A DNA stretch of 21,868 nucleotides from positions 1-21,868 of the forward strand of contig LRSL01000113.1 in NCBI GenBank assembly GCA_001563335.1. Direction: 5' to 3'. Below are positions 1 to 8,785 of the stretch, piece by piece (position 1 is the first letter of the stretch; every line of letters starts with the position of its first letter). The notes beneath the pieces were generated by a model that was given only the letters and a program-made list of their open reading frames with translations, was not told where the DNA came from and made no database searches. The translations under genes and the position numbers were made by a program. This DNA is from Candidatus Thorarchaeota archaeon SMTZ1-45 (lineage in GTDB: Archaea > Asgardarchaeota > Thorarchaeia > Thorarchaeales > Thorarchaeaceae).

Positions 1-631
1 TCAGAGCAATTGCTGCAAAATTGTTATCATAGACTGTGTTTTTTATGAGTGTCGTATTATGTGAATGTCTTGCTTCGACACCAGACCATGAATTGCAAAC
101 ATCATTATCAATCATGGTACAGTTTTTGGAGTTCATTAAGAAGAATCCCGTTTCATCATTATTTCGCACTGTGTTGCTGAACATCGCGCATTCGTCGGAA
201 TACTGGATTTTCACTCCTATATGCTTGGACTCTATTACACAGAACTCTATTATTCCATGCGGGGCGTGGTCCAAATAGACGCCAGTGGCATTCGTTTCAG
301 CTTGTGATGTCAGAAGGCAGTCCCGGATCACATAGTAAGCGTCCACATTGACAATACAAACACAGTGGCCATCAGTTGTGATACTGACCCCCTCAAGTAC
401 ATACGGGTCGATCTGCGTGCCACTTCCTATGAACCCGCTTGGTGAGAAATCCTCAAGAGTGTTGATGTTGATTGGGTCACTTGGGGTGTAGCTGGATTGC
501 AACCAGTTGTCACCCTGTGGCATTAATGATGGAGCATTTTCATTCATGTTGGTAGTATGTGTATGAGTGAGAAAGGAGGACCAAACTAGAATGACCAAGA
601 TGATAAATACGACACAATGATAATCTCTCAA
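1..631 (-). CDS. NosD/CASH-like parallel beta-helix surface protein, N-terminal part (runs off the left edge)
   Basis: Absent from the ORF track because it has no stop in the window. Manual translation from TTG at 631: MRDYHCVVFIILVILVWSSFL (signal/TM) ...YTPSDPININTLEDFSPSGFIGSGTQIDPYVLEGVSITTDGHCVCIVNVDAYYVIRDCLLT... followed by Asn-rich turns. It is paralogous to the N-terminus of the 18077 protein (GFLGSGSESSPYLIE...FIVRKCLLT). Confidence 0.85.
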   Translation of the reverse strand, partial: MRDYHCVVFIILVILVWSSFLTHTHTTNMNENAPSLMPQGDNWLQSSYTPSDPININTLEDFSPSGFIGSGTQIDPYVLEGVSITTDGHCVCIVNVDAYYVIRDCLLTSQAETNATGVYLDHAPHGIIEFCVIESKHIGVKIQYSDECAMFSNTVRNNDETGFFLMNSKNCTMIDNDVCNSWSGVEARHSHNTTLIKNTVYDNNFAAIAL

Positions 632-960
632 TGAAAATCCTTCTATTCCAGCATAGATGGGGTCGCGATTGAGGTTGTAAAAATTCTCGAGTCAATCCTG
701 GCAAACAATTTTTGACCCTGACTTGTTATTTCTTATTCATTATTATGTGTTTAACCTTTTGGAATCAAGTGAGTTACGTTTGACTAGCACTCTCTCCAAC
801 CTTGTTATTCTTTAGGATGAAATGGACACCAATTATATACATGGTATGCTGGTCTGAATTACAGGAATTGAAAGATAGCTAGAAAATAGTCGTATTAGAA
901 ACAATAGGAAGAGTGAAAGAGGGGATGAGGTAGTGTAATAAATTTGAAGGTTGCAGAGCA

Positions 961-1491
961 TTGAGAAGAGGTTCATTGTGCATCTTTTGCTTTGAGGGAA
1001 CCCCTCGAGAGTTGGTTGATAGGCTAGTTGATACAAATCAAGACTGGTTCAAACGTCATTTTACTGAGGTCTTAATCCATTCAGAAGACCTTGCTGTCCC
1101 TGAGTGGTCGTTTGTTGCAAATAGACAGCAGTATAAAGCCCGATTCTTCTTACAAGCCCTTGAAGATCATGCATATCTCTCAAATCACGCTCTTGGTGTT
1201 GTCGATCTGGACCTGTTTGTACCAGATCTCAATTTCATCTTTGGAAGTGCTCAGTTCGGTGGTAATGCAATTGTTGCACTACCAAGGCTTCGTCAGTCCT
1301 TCTATGGTCTTCCTAATGATGACACCATATTCTTCCAACGCACCGTGAAAGAGGTATTTCATGAACTTGGTCATGTCATGGGACTTCGTCATTGTACTAA
1401 CTATTGTGTCATGCAGTTCTCCAACTCTCTTGCTGATACGGATCACAAACCAGATACTTACTGTAAAGACTGTATTCGAAGGTTGGAATAG
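961..1491 (+). CDS. Archaemetzincin-family Zn-dependent metalloprotease (peptidase M54)
   Basis: Metzincin motif HELGHVMGLRHC, then CVMQFSNS (Met-turn) and a C-terminal YCKDC Cys cluster. Also contains DLFVPDLNFIFG, typical of AmzA-type proteins. Confidence 0.9.
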   Translation: MRRGSLCIFCFEGTPRELVDRLVDTNQDWFKRHFTEVLIHSEDLAVPEWSFVANRQQYKARFFLQALEDHAYLSNHALGVVDLDLFVPDLNFIFGSAQFGGNAIVALPRLRQSFYGLPNDDTIFFQRTVKEVFHELGHVMGLRHCTNYCVMQFSNSLADTDHKPDTYCKDCIRRLE

Positions 1492-1751
1492 GTCATAGCG
1501 ACTTCAATCATCCATCTAACAGACTCTTGAAGAGTTAAACCCTAACCCGCAATCAATATCATCGTCTCCTATATAGCGCAAATCCTCCTAACAGGACCAA
1601 AGCAGCGGCACTTACTGATACTCCTATGATTAGTGTGTTGAAGGCATGCTATCTGTCTTGAATTGCTTTCAGTTCCATGAAAATCATTCCGCACTGGATA
1701 AGGAGAGGCTTGAATAAGAAAATTGGTGTAAACCAATTTAGCAGTGAAACC

Positions 1752-2132
1752 CTAACAAGCTGATATATTACTAGTAGGATCACTGAAGTTGTTGCCTTTC
1801 TCCGCCCAATATCGCATTTGAATGATATGTCTATAGAACTCCTGACCAATATTTGTCAGACTATATCCAGCTTCAGGATTGGATAATACTTGGTCAGTTC
1901 GTTTCACAAGACCAAGTGCGGTCAGATTGGCTAGGCACTTTGATATCTCTGATTTGCTTACATTCCTACCATTGTTTGAGCCTATTTTCTGGCGGAGTTC
2001 TCGGACACTTGGATTGTAGGTTCGCTCGCCGAGAGTAAGTATTACAGGAACTGCACAAGTACGCCCTAGCTGAGAAAAAATCTCACTCAAGGGCTCTTTT
2101 TTATTTAGATGGGTTATTTTGTTAGCTATCAT
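1752..2132 (-). CDS. Winged-helix transcriptional regulator, HxlR-like
   Basis: VSKSEISKCLANLTALGLVKRT...YSLTNIGQEF matches the HxlR/MarR winged-helix pattern; 126 aa. Confidence 0.7.
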   Translation of the reverse strand: MIANKITHLNKKEPLSEIFSQLGRTCAVPVILTLGERTYNPSVRELRQKIGSNNGRNVSKSEISKCLANLTALGLVKRTDQVLSNPEAGYSLTNIGQEFYRHIIQMRYWAEKGNNFSDPTSNISAC

Positions 2133-2409
2133 CGCTCTAGTTGATCTAGTTTTTCAAAAATATATTGCAAAATCGGCTATATTATTTCATATTGTTATTT
2201 TAATGCATTATATATCAATTAAAATCGTTTCTGGACATTGCTGCTTCAAATTCGTCTATCAGAAGATACGTGAACACCTTACACCTCATGCGGAGCTATT
2301 CCCTGGGACCCGCTAATTTGCACATGATAACACAAGCTTAAATCGTCACGCGTACATCATAGCAATTGGAATGTGACGACTCATAATCAGAGATGGTGCA
2401 GAACATAGA

Positions 2410-2850
2410 TTGATTGAATCAAAGTCAGATGTCGCAAATAGTATGCGAATTGTTATCTTCATCTTACTCGTATTGTTATGGGTGTTTGGACCATCAGTTT
2501 TTACTATCGCAGATCTTAACTACACAATAGCATCATTTGTTTGGATTCTGCAATATAGCTATCTATGGTTGGCAGTTTCATATGGATTTATTACTCCCAA
2601 TATTTTGGGATTCCTTTTTCATCTACCTAGATTCCTCTTCCTTTTGTATGTAATGCAAGCATTAGGAAAAAGTACAGAGTTCAAGAAGGCACTCTCTTAT
2701 GGATTTTTAGCAGAACTTCCATTCATATTAGGGGCTGTTTATTATGCGCTTTTTCCTCCAGGTGTCTATTCATACTATTTGGTAGTTCCAGTCCCAATCA
2801 TAACAATAATCGGAGTTCTGTTATTAATGCGGAAACCGCATGTCAAGTAA
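2410..2850 (+). CDS. Hypothetical multi-pass membrane protein
   Basis: 146-aa ORF with about 4-5 hydrophobic segments. TTG start preceded by a GGTG SD-like sequence. Confidence 0.7.
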   Translation: MIESKSDVANSMRIVIFILLVLLWVFGPSVFTIADLNYTIASFVWILQYSYLWLAVSYGFITPNILGFLFHLPRFLFLLYVMQALGKSTEFKKALSYGFLAELPFILGAVYYALFPPGVYSYYLVVPVPIITIIGVLLLMRKPHVK

Positions 2851-2876
2851 TTTGATTCCGCTGTTACATATGCAGA

Positions 2877-2938
2877 GCCGCATACGAACAAACAATAAGA
2901 TGGCACTCTCAAGACTCGCCAGCTGGCAAGACTCAAGC
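2877..2938 (+). repeat. Promoter repeat P5: longest displaced copy of the ACAD upstream region
   Basis: gccgcatacgaacaaacaataagatggcactctcaagactcgccagctggcaagactcaagc aligns along its whole length with 8707-8769 (gcctcatacgaaggaactataagcagggtactctcccctctcgcccgctggcaagactctagc). Confidence 0.85.
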
Positions 2939-3022
2939 CACTCTCTCAATAAACAGGAAGATTCAAATTTCTGATTCCATTTTGCTAATGTCTTATTCAG
3001 ACAAGCCTGAAGTGTGAGTTCT

Positions 3023-3706
3023 ATGTTCATTGGACATTACGGTATCGCTTTCGCTCTGAAGAAATATGCACCCAAGACATCGCTTGGAATCCTGTTCATT
3101 GCTGTTCAACTGGTGGATATTGCGTTCTTTATCCTTGTTCCACTGGGAATTGAACACCTCCGAATTATCCCTGGTTTTACCGAAGCCAGTCCCTTCGACC
3201 TCTATGATTATCCAATCACTCATAGTCTTCTTGGAGCCCTTGCATGGGCTGTTGCAACTTATCTCGTATTTCGCTTCATCCTCTTGAGAAGTACAACTGA
3301 TTATACCTATAGACTAAGCACTGCACTTGTCATGAGTGTAGCAGTGTTTTCCCACTTTATCTTGGACATTGTTGTCCACACTCCTGATCTGCTGCTTGTT
3401 CCAGGACTTGACATAAGAGTGGGACTAGGACTCTGGAACAGCATTATTGCTACTGTTGCAGTTGAACTTGCCATTCTTCTTGTGGGTTGTTGGATATACC
3501 TCCATTCAACAACTCAGGGGGTAGGATTGTTAGGAAAGTATGGAATGTATGTCTTCATGATTGTGCTTGCCATCATCACCATAGTGACACCATTCACGAC
3601 TTTTCCTGATGTATTAACGGTCGTAATAACATCAGAACTATTGTATGCAGTTTTCACTCTGTTAGCATGGTTGTTGGATAGTAAGAGGTATGTTGCTGCA
3701 GATTAG
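3023..3706 (+). CDS. Membrane-bound metal-dependent hydrolase-like protein (YdjM-like)
   Basis: Motifs MFIGH, QLVD, YPITHSL and SHFILDIVVH plus several TM helices. The ATG at 3023 is preferred over the GTG at 3014. Confidence 0.75.
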   Translation: MFIGHYGIAFALKKYAPKTSLGILFIAVQLVDIAFFILVPLGIEHLRIIPGFTEASPFDLYDYPITHSLLGALAWAVATYLVFRFILLRSTTDYTYRLSTALVMSVAVFSHFILDIVVHTPDLLLVPGLDIRVGLGLWNSIIATVAVELAILLVGCWIYLHSTTQGVGLLGKYGMYVFMIVLAIITIVTPFTTFPDVLTVVITSELLYAVFTLLAWLLDSKRYVAAD

Positions 3707-3901
3707 ATATAAGAATCCCTTCCCAGTATCGCGAAAGGGGAGGTTGAGTTTCAAAGGGACTAGCACTTCGTGACAAACAGAGCCTTTCCAGACTCGCCAG
3801 ACTCCAAAAATGGTAATAGAAAATACGGAAAGAATGAAAGTGGTGATGAGTATTACTACAAAATATATAATATTAGTTTCTATTAGATTATACGTATAGG
3901 A

Positions 3902-4225
3902 ATGTATGCGGTACTAGGTTTCATTGTCTTCATTGTGCTCATTTCAGTTTCGTTGCCAATTATCTTCCCTTCTATCTTGACAGGATGCGTCGCATTCCTT
4001 ATTGCCTTGAAGCCTGAAGACCATGAGGGCTGGCTCTATTATGGTGATTTGTTGATTAAGCAGAACCAATACATTGAGGCTCTTGATGCGTATCAGACGG
4101 CGGCTAAGTTGCGCCCAGACATTACTAAGATTTGGATGAAGCTTGGAAACCTCTTTAATGAGTTGGGTCAATTTGATGAAGCGGACAAGGCATTCCGAAC
4201 AGGACTAGGCTCCAATTTTCTTTGA
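3902..4225 (+). CDS. Membrane-anchored TPR-repeat protein
   Basis: Hydrophobic N-terminus followed by two TPR units (WLYYGDLLIKQNQYIEALDAYQTAAKLRPD; WMKLGNLFNELGQFDEADKAFR). Confidence 0.8.
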   Translation: MYAVLGFIVFIVLISVSLPIIFPSILTGCVAFLIALKPEDHEGWLYYGDLLIKQNQYIEALDAYQTAAKLRPDITKIWMKLGNLFNELGQFDEADKAFRTGLGSNFL

Positions 4226-4422
4226 AGAGTTTTAAGCACAGAATGAGAACAATTGATAGGAGAATTGATCGCTCTTTCAGATTTCTATTTGATACTTTGA
4301 AAAGAAAACATCAATAGCTTCTCCTGATTGTCTAGAAGATAATACACCATTTTATCAGGGACTTAAGTAAGTTCTATTGCTTTTGTAACTTGAAGAGAGG
4401 TATGAGCTAGCTAGATGATCAT

Positions 4423-4911
4423 TTACGATTTTACAATTCTCCTCTCGAAGTCATGGACATAGTATCTTTTCCCCTTTTTTACCACACCATGACCTTCAGC
4501 CTCAAGTAATGCTTTGTGTGATTCAAGACCTCCAGGATACTTCTCATTTAAGAATCCATCAGTCTTCAAGGTCCGCCAGTAAGGTATTTTGAGCCTTTTT
4601 CCTTCTTTTGCTGCTTCTTCTACAGCATTTGCCGCGGTCGTAATGAATATGCCAGCAGTTAAGGAACAGCATCCCTTTACACCAAAGTTTTGAGCAATTC
4701 TTGCACAGATCTCTCTAATGGTAATCAGTTTCCCTCTTGGAACAGATTTCATTACTCCGATGACATGACTCGGGTTCACTAGAACAACATCGTCTCCTTC
4801 TTCAACACCCATCTTCTGAAGCGCTTTGTAACAGGGAAAGCTCTTCTCGAGTTTCAAGACCTTTGGATATCCATCTTTGTCTTCCATCTTCTCTCGCCAA
4901 GTCTTCTTCAT
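4423..4911 (-). CDS. MGMT-family / alkyltransferase-like DNA-binding protein
   Basis: VPRGKLIT...EI and IPYWRTLK, with PYWR in place of the catalytic PCHR; C-terminal LLEAEG. Confidence 0.75.
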   Translation of the reverse strand: MKKTWREKMEDKDGYPKVLKLEKSFPCYKALQKMGVEEGDDVVLVNPSHVIGVMKSVPRGKLITIREICARIAQNFGVKGCCSLTAGIFITTAANAVEEAAKEGKRLKIPYWRTLKTDGFLNEKYPGGLESHKALLEAEGHGVVKKGKRYYVHDFERRIVKS

Positions 4912-5027
4912 AAGACCATTCTCCTAACAATGAACTCAATACTTCAGTTACGTGATTTATTTAATAATCGGTTGATACTGAGGTTCTTCACAATCAAATA
5001 ATAACCGGAGATTCTGTATATACCCAG

Positions 5028-5060
5028 CTCATACGAGGTAACAATAAGCAAGGGGCTTTC
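5028..5060 (+). repeat. Promoter repeat P4 (diverged)
   Basis: ctcatacgaggtaacaataagcaaggggctttc versus native ctcatacgaaggaactataagcagggtactctc. Confidence 0.75.
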
Positions 5061-5074
5061 GACCGGGTCATCAT

Positions 5075-5776
5075 CTAGGGTGAAGATCCATATGTATTTT
5101 CGAGAATCCTTTCAACATGACGATAACTCTTTGAAGTCATTGTTGGAATTAGAATTAAACCTAGAAGCAAGACAACAAAAGCAAGTAACATGGTAGTTAC
5201 CCAGAGTTCCATGGTAAGGAACTCGTCATAGACGAAGAAGAACAACTCAGAAAATGAAACTCCCCAGAATCCGAAAAGCCCTAATGCAAATCCACGGATT
5301 GGATTCACCCGGCCTAGCATGAGTACCTCTCTCGCAAGAACAACCTTTCCTTTCTCTCTCTTTCCAAGAATGTTGCCTATAGCACTCTCTGAGAGGAGAA
5401 TCGCTTTGAATAGAAGATTAGAGGTAGAGAGAAAGACGCCTTTATCAGTGCTGCGTGACCAGAGTTGGATTCGTCTGCTGGCACCGAGTTCATCCCTGAC
5501 TTCCTCAAAAAGGGTTAAAATCTCTGCATTTGTAACTGGATTTCGAAATAGTATCAACTTCAGACCAAAGACAATGAACTGTACAGCTGAACCAACTAGT
5601 AATGTAGTTATAGTCCACTGGAGTATATTAAACTCAATATTGGCAAAGAGTCTAATTCCTATCAGTCCAAGAGTCCAGACTAAGCTGCACATAACTAGCC
5701 CCTCTTGAAATGCCATCGTGAAAAGAAACACCCCTGACTGATTCTCAATAATGTCTGGATCGCCTAGCATACTCAA
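5075..5776 (-). CDS. Hypothetical membrane protein, possibly a degenerate M48/M56 peptidase-like fold
   Basis: TM-soluble-TM architecture. AILLSE...VVLAREVLML resembles the context of VLAHExxH but lacks the His ligands. Confidence 0.6.
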   Translation of the reverse strand: MSMLGDPDIIENQSGVFLFTMAFQEGLVMCSLVWTLGLIGIRLFANIEFNILQWTITTLLVGSAVQFIVFGLKLILFRNPVTNAEILTLFEEVRDELGASRRIQLWSRSTDKGVFLSTSNLLFKAILLSESAIGNILGKREKGKVVLAREVLMLGRVNPIRGFALGLFGFWGVSFSELFFFVYDEFLTMELWVTTMLLAFVVLLLGLILIPTMTSKSYRHVERILENTYGSSP

Positions 5777-5906
5777 GCTCCCACTCAGAGTGTTTCTTGA
5801 AGCGGTATGCTATAAGGATAACTGCGAATGGATGCTTTCAAGTTTTTAGTAGGAGAAAGTCATGCAGTTACAATTCGAGTGTAGATCGCATAGAAGTGTT
5901 ATAAAA

Positions 5907-5950
5907 GCCTCAGTCGTAGGAACTATAAGCAGGGCACTCTCCCCACTCAC
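5907..5950 (+). repeat. Promoter repeat P3
   Basis: gcctcagtcgtaggaactataagcagggcactctccccactcac versus 8707-8750 gcctcatacgaaggaactataagcagggtactctcccctctcgc. Confidence 0.95.
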
Positions 5951-5981
5951 TTCAAGAGGAGAAAACAGGTGAATTGAATCT

Positions 5982-6716
5982 TCACCTAATGAATGGCGGA
6001 GGAACTAATCTGAAGTAATAGGATAGTAGTACAAGGAAGACCCAGAAGATGAGTGTAGACACAAGGTATCTAAGAGGCCGCCCACGCGCCAAGGCGCTGA
6101 AATGAAGTGATTCAGGCAACTGCAGTCGAATTGGTAGAATGAAGGGAGTGCTTTGCTGGTACTGCACAAATGAATCTCCAAACTCTTTACTCAACCAGTA
6201 ATCCTCAAGGTCAGCAACCAGAATTAATAGAAATAGAACTGAACACACAGACACCAGATCACCAGGTCTTGTGGCTGGAAGAAGCAGACGTGAGAAACTG
6301 GTCTTAAGTGGAAAAGCTAGAAGGTACAACATGAGTAGGATTCCCAAGTGTTGAGGATGCCGTACCCACCCATAGGGGCCGTATGTGACTAGACCTTCTT
6401 TATGTATACGTGCCCTAGCAAGAGTGACTAGCCCATAACAGAGAAGGAATAGACCAAAGCAGAACATAAGAACTTGCGAGAACCGGAATGCAACTGCTAT
6501 TCCGGTTTCAAGTCCTCCAGGAGAAGAAGGATCGAACATATACACATAGCCAGTCCAGCTATTTGAGTAGGGAACTATGTAGCTGAGGAGCTCCCACGAG
6601 AAATACCAGCTAGCTAGTATCCAGACCATTGGTGTCAGTATGCCAGCGACAATTGGCAGATAGAGGCCAACAGATATAGCGGCAGCGGTTATGTTGCTAA
6701 CGACCCTTTTTAACAC
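5982..6716 (-). CDS. Isoprenylcysteine carboxyl methyltransferase (Ste14/ICMT/PEMT)-family membrane protein
   Basis: Signature LVTYGPYGWVRHPQHLG, then LED..LSKEFG..F..YQ..TPFILP; multiple TM helices. Confidence 0.85.
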   Translation of the reverse strand: MLKRVVSNITAAAISVGLYLPIVAGILTPMVWILASWYFSWELLSYIVPYSNSWTGYVYMFDPSSPGGLETGIAVAFRFSQVLMFCFGLFLLCYGLVTLARARIHKEGLVTYGPYGWVRHPQHLGILLMLYLLAFPLKTSFSRLLLPATRPGDLVSVCSVLFLLILVADLEDYWLSKEFGDSFVQYQQSTPFILPIRLQLPESLHFSALARGRPLRYLVSTLIFWVFLVLLSYYFRLVPPPFIR

Positions 6717-6834
6717 TAGCTGAGTCCTCCCTCACCGAAAAGATGCTACAGTGCATATGCTATATTTCGACCTCCAATGTCAAGAAGATTTTGTTCTCGG
6801 CACGCTAGACAGACTCTAAGGGTATATCCGCCCA

Positions 6835-6865
6835 ATACGAGGGAACTATAAGCAGGGCACTCTCC
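6835..6865 (+). repeat. Promoter repeat P2
   Basis: atacgagggaactataagcagggcactctcc; the 20-bp core is identical to P1 and P3. Confidence 0.95.
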
Positions 6866-6907
6866 AAACTTTCTCTATAGGGATACAGAGCAGAGGTTAT
6901 CTATTAT

Positions 6908-7525
6908 TTACGGTTGTTTGACCATAACCCAATGGAGGATGTTGGCTATGGGCAATGTGAATGAGTCAATAACATCGAAGCCGTAATGTTTGTAAATTTG
7001 TACAAGACCTTCATCCTGAGTTTCAAGGACGCAGGGTTTGTTTTGTGAACTACACATTGAGAGTACAGGTCGGACAAGCTTGCTTGCAAGACCTTTCCCT
7101 TGATAATCTGGATGAACTGCCAGTGATCCTAAATACCAATGGGGCTCAGAAATACACTCATCTCTCTTACTGACTACAAAACTCTCTACTTCTCGCATTC
7201 TTCTTAGAGTCTTGGAACCAGCGGCTCGATACAGTCCTATCCCTCCCGTTCTAATTGCTCTCAACCAACTGAACTCATTGTACTCCGATTGTGTAAGGAT
7301 AACAACGCCCTCAATGTTTTCAGATGTAGCAAGGATTTTTCCATAGAGGAAGCCATTCTTAACACGGTAATTAAAGAACTTTGGAAGGAATCTCAACCTG
7401 CTTTCTGGTTCCGGTAAGAAATAACACAATAGATGATCATCAAAAAAAGCCTGAACTAAAGTTTCAGTGACCTTCTTTACGTCCCTTTTTGTTACATGGT
7501 AGGGTTCAGGACTCGTGTTTTGCAT
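6908..7525 (-). CDS. GNAT-family N-acetyltransferase
   Basis: WYLGSLAVHPDYQGKGLASKLV (acetyl-CoA motif A), then LET...YKHYGF. Confidence 0.9.
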   Translation of the reverse strand: MQNTSPEPYHVTKRDVKKVTETLVQAFFDDHLLCYFLPEPESRLRFLPKFFNYRVKNGFLYGKILATSENIEGVVILTQSEYNEFSWLRAIRTGGIGLYRAAGSKTLRRMREVESFVVSKRDECISEPHWYLGSLAVHPDYQGKGLASKLVRPVLSMCSSQNKPCVLETQDEGLVQIYKHYGFDVIDSFTLPIANILHWVMVKQP

Positions 7526-7622
7526 TGGTAGTCAGTTTTTATTAAAAGACCTTTCTGATATACCTTAGGATGGCTTGAGAATTAAGATTCATGAATATTA
7601 CTCTTCTTCAACGCAGGACAAA

Positions 7623-7653
7623 CCTTATGCGAAGGAACTATAAGCAGGGCACT
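7623..7653 (+). repeat. Promoter repeat P1
   Basis: ccttatgcgaaggaactataagcagggcact; ends 6 bp before the stop codon of the convergent epimerase gene. Confidence 0.95.
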
Positions 7654-7659
7654 TGTCTT

Positions 7660-8598
7660 TCATGGTCCGGATTGGTTTAGGACTGTGCCTTCATGTAGAT
7701 TCTCGATCGTGGCTTTGAGACCCTCTTTATAGGAGGGGTACTCCAGCTCCCAGTCAAGCTCTCTTTTGGCCTTCTCGTTAGTCACCACACAGTCTATCTG
7801 CATAATGCTTAGAAGGAAACCACCAAGGACGATTCGAGCGATGAACATTGGAATAGTTCGTGGCTTTGGCAGTCCCATGCACTCCGCCATGTGCTCTGTG
7901 AATTCTCGCGTGGTACACGGAGTATCGTCAGCTATGATGAATGATTCACTCACAGGCTGTTTCTCTACTGCAAGAACAAAGGCCTGAGCACAGTCATCGA
8001 CATGAACCCTCGGGATGTGGTTGTCACCTCTCCCGAAGACGCCGGAGCGCCCATTCTTCATCATCTCGTACATCTTGAGGAACTGGCCACCCGGTCCATA
8101 GATCTGACCCGGGAGCATTATGATGAGTGGTTGTCCCTCCTTCTTTGCCCTAGCAATAAGCACGTCAGCCTCTTCGCCAGCCTTCGTGAGACCCGTCCTG
8201 ACAAGTGGCCAAGACTCGTCAGCTACCTGTCCCTGCTTAGTGCTGTAGGCAGTGCCAAGAGTCAGTATGGTCGGGCAGTCAAGTTTCTTCCCGATAGTGA
8301 GAGCGGTCGACACGAACTTGGTCGTCCTCTGCTTAATCTGAGCGAACTTGCTCTTTGATATTCTTCCGAACTCGAGAGGCATGGCTACAGAAATCACACA
8401 GTCCTGGGAACTTATGTTGTCTATGAACGCGTCCGGCTCCATAAGGTCGCCGACTATTATTTCGATGCTCCTGTTACGAAAATATTCCGCCGCGTCAGTT
8501 CGACGGGTGAGTATTGTGACCTCATGACCATGCGACGAAAGTCTGGAAACTATCCTTGAACCCAGAAATCCAGTACCACCAAGCACAAGTACTCTCAG
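7660..8598 (-). CDS. NAD-dependent epimerase/dehydratase (extended/atypical SDR)
   Basis: (M)RVLVLGGTGFLG Rossmann motif, PGQIYGPG and VHVDDCAQA. The start is probably CTG at 8598 (GGTGA SD 6 nt upstream, in-frame stop just before) rather than GTG at 8586. Confidence 0.9.
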   Translation of the reverse strand: MRVLVLGGTGFLGSRIVSRLSSHGHEVTILTRRTDAAEYFRNRSIEIIVGDLMEPDAFIDNISSQDCVISVAMPLEFGRISKSKFAQIKQRTTKFVSTALTIGKKLDCPTILTLGTAYSTKQGQVADESWPLVRTGLTKAGEEADVLIARAKKEGQPLIIMLPGQIYGPGGQFLKMYEMMKNGRSGVFGRGDNHIPRVHVDDCAQAFVLAVEKQPVSESFIIADDTPCTTREFTEHMAECMGLPKPRTIPMFIARIVLGGFLLSIMQIDCVVTNEKAKRELDWELEYPSYKEGLKATIENLHEGTVLNQSGP

Positions 8599-8706
8599 AA
8601 TGAGTCACCGATTGGCAGTCATAAATAAGAGATATTTAACTTGTTCATTGCAGTATTTTTAAAACGTCACAAAGAAGGTTTCTCATTTTGCGAGGAGGGA
8701 TAAGAC

Positions 8707-8769
8707 GCCTCATACGAAGGAACTATAAGCAGGGTACTCTCCCCTCTCGCCCGCTGGCAAGACTCTAGC
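8707..8769 (+). promoter_or_regulatory. Putative BRE/TATA promoter of the acyl-CoA dehydrogenase gene (source of repeats P1-P5)
   Basis: Purine-rich CGAAGGAA (BRE-like) directly before CTATAAGC (TATA-like, ~8723-8730), ~60 bp upstream of ATG 8786. GAGGT SD at 8776-8780. Confidence 0.7.
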
Positions 8770-8785
8770 AATCAAGAGGTAGTTT

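Noticed and set aside
36-278. 80-aa + strand ORF
   Set aside because: Antisense shadow of the minus-strand beta-helix gene at 1-631.
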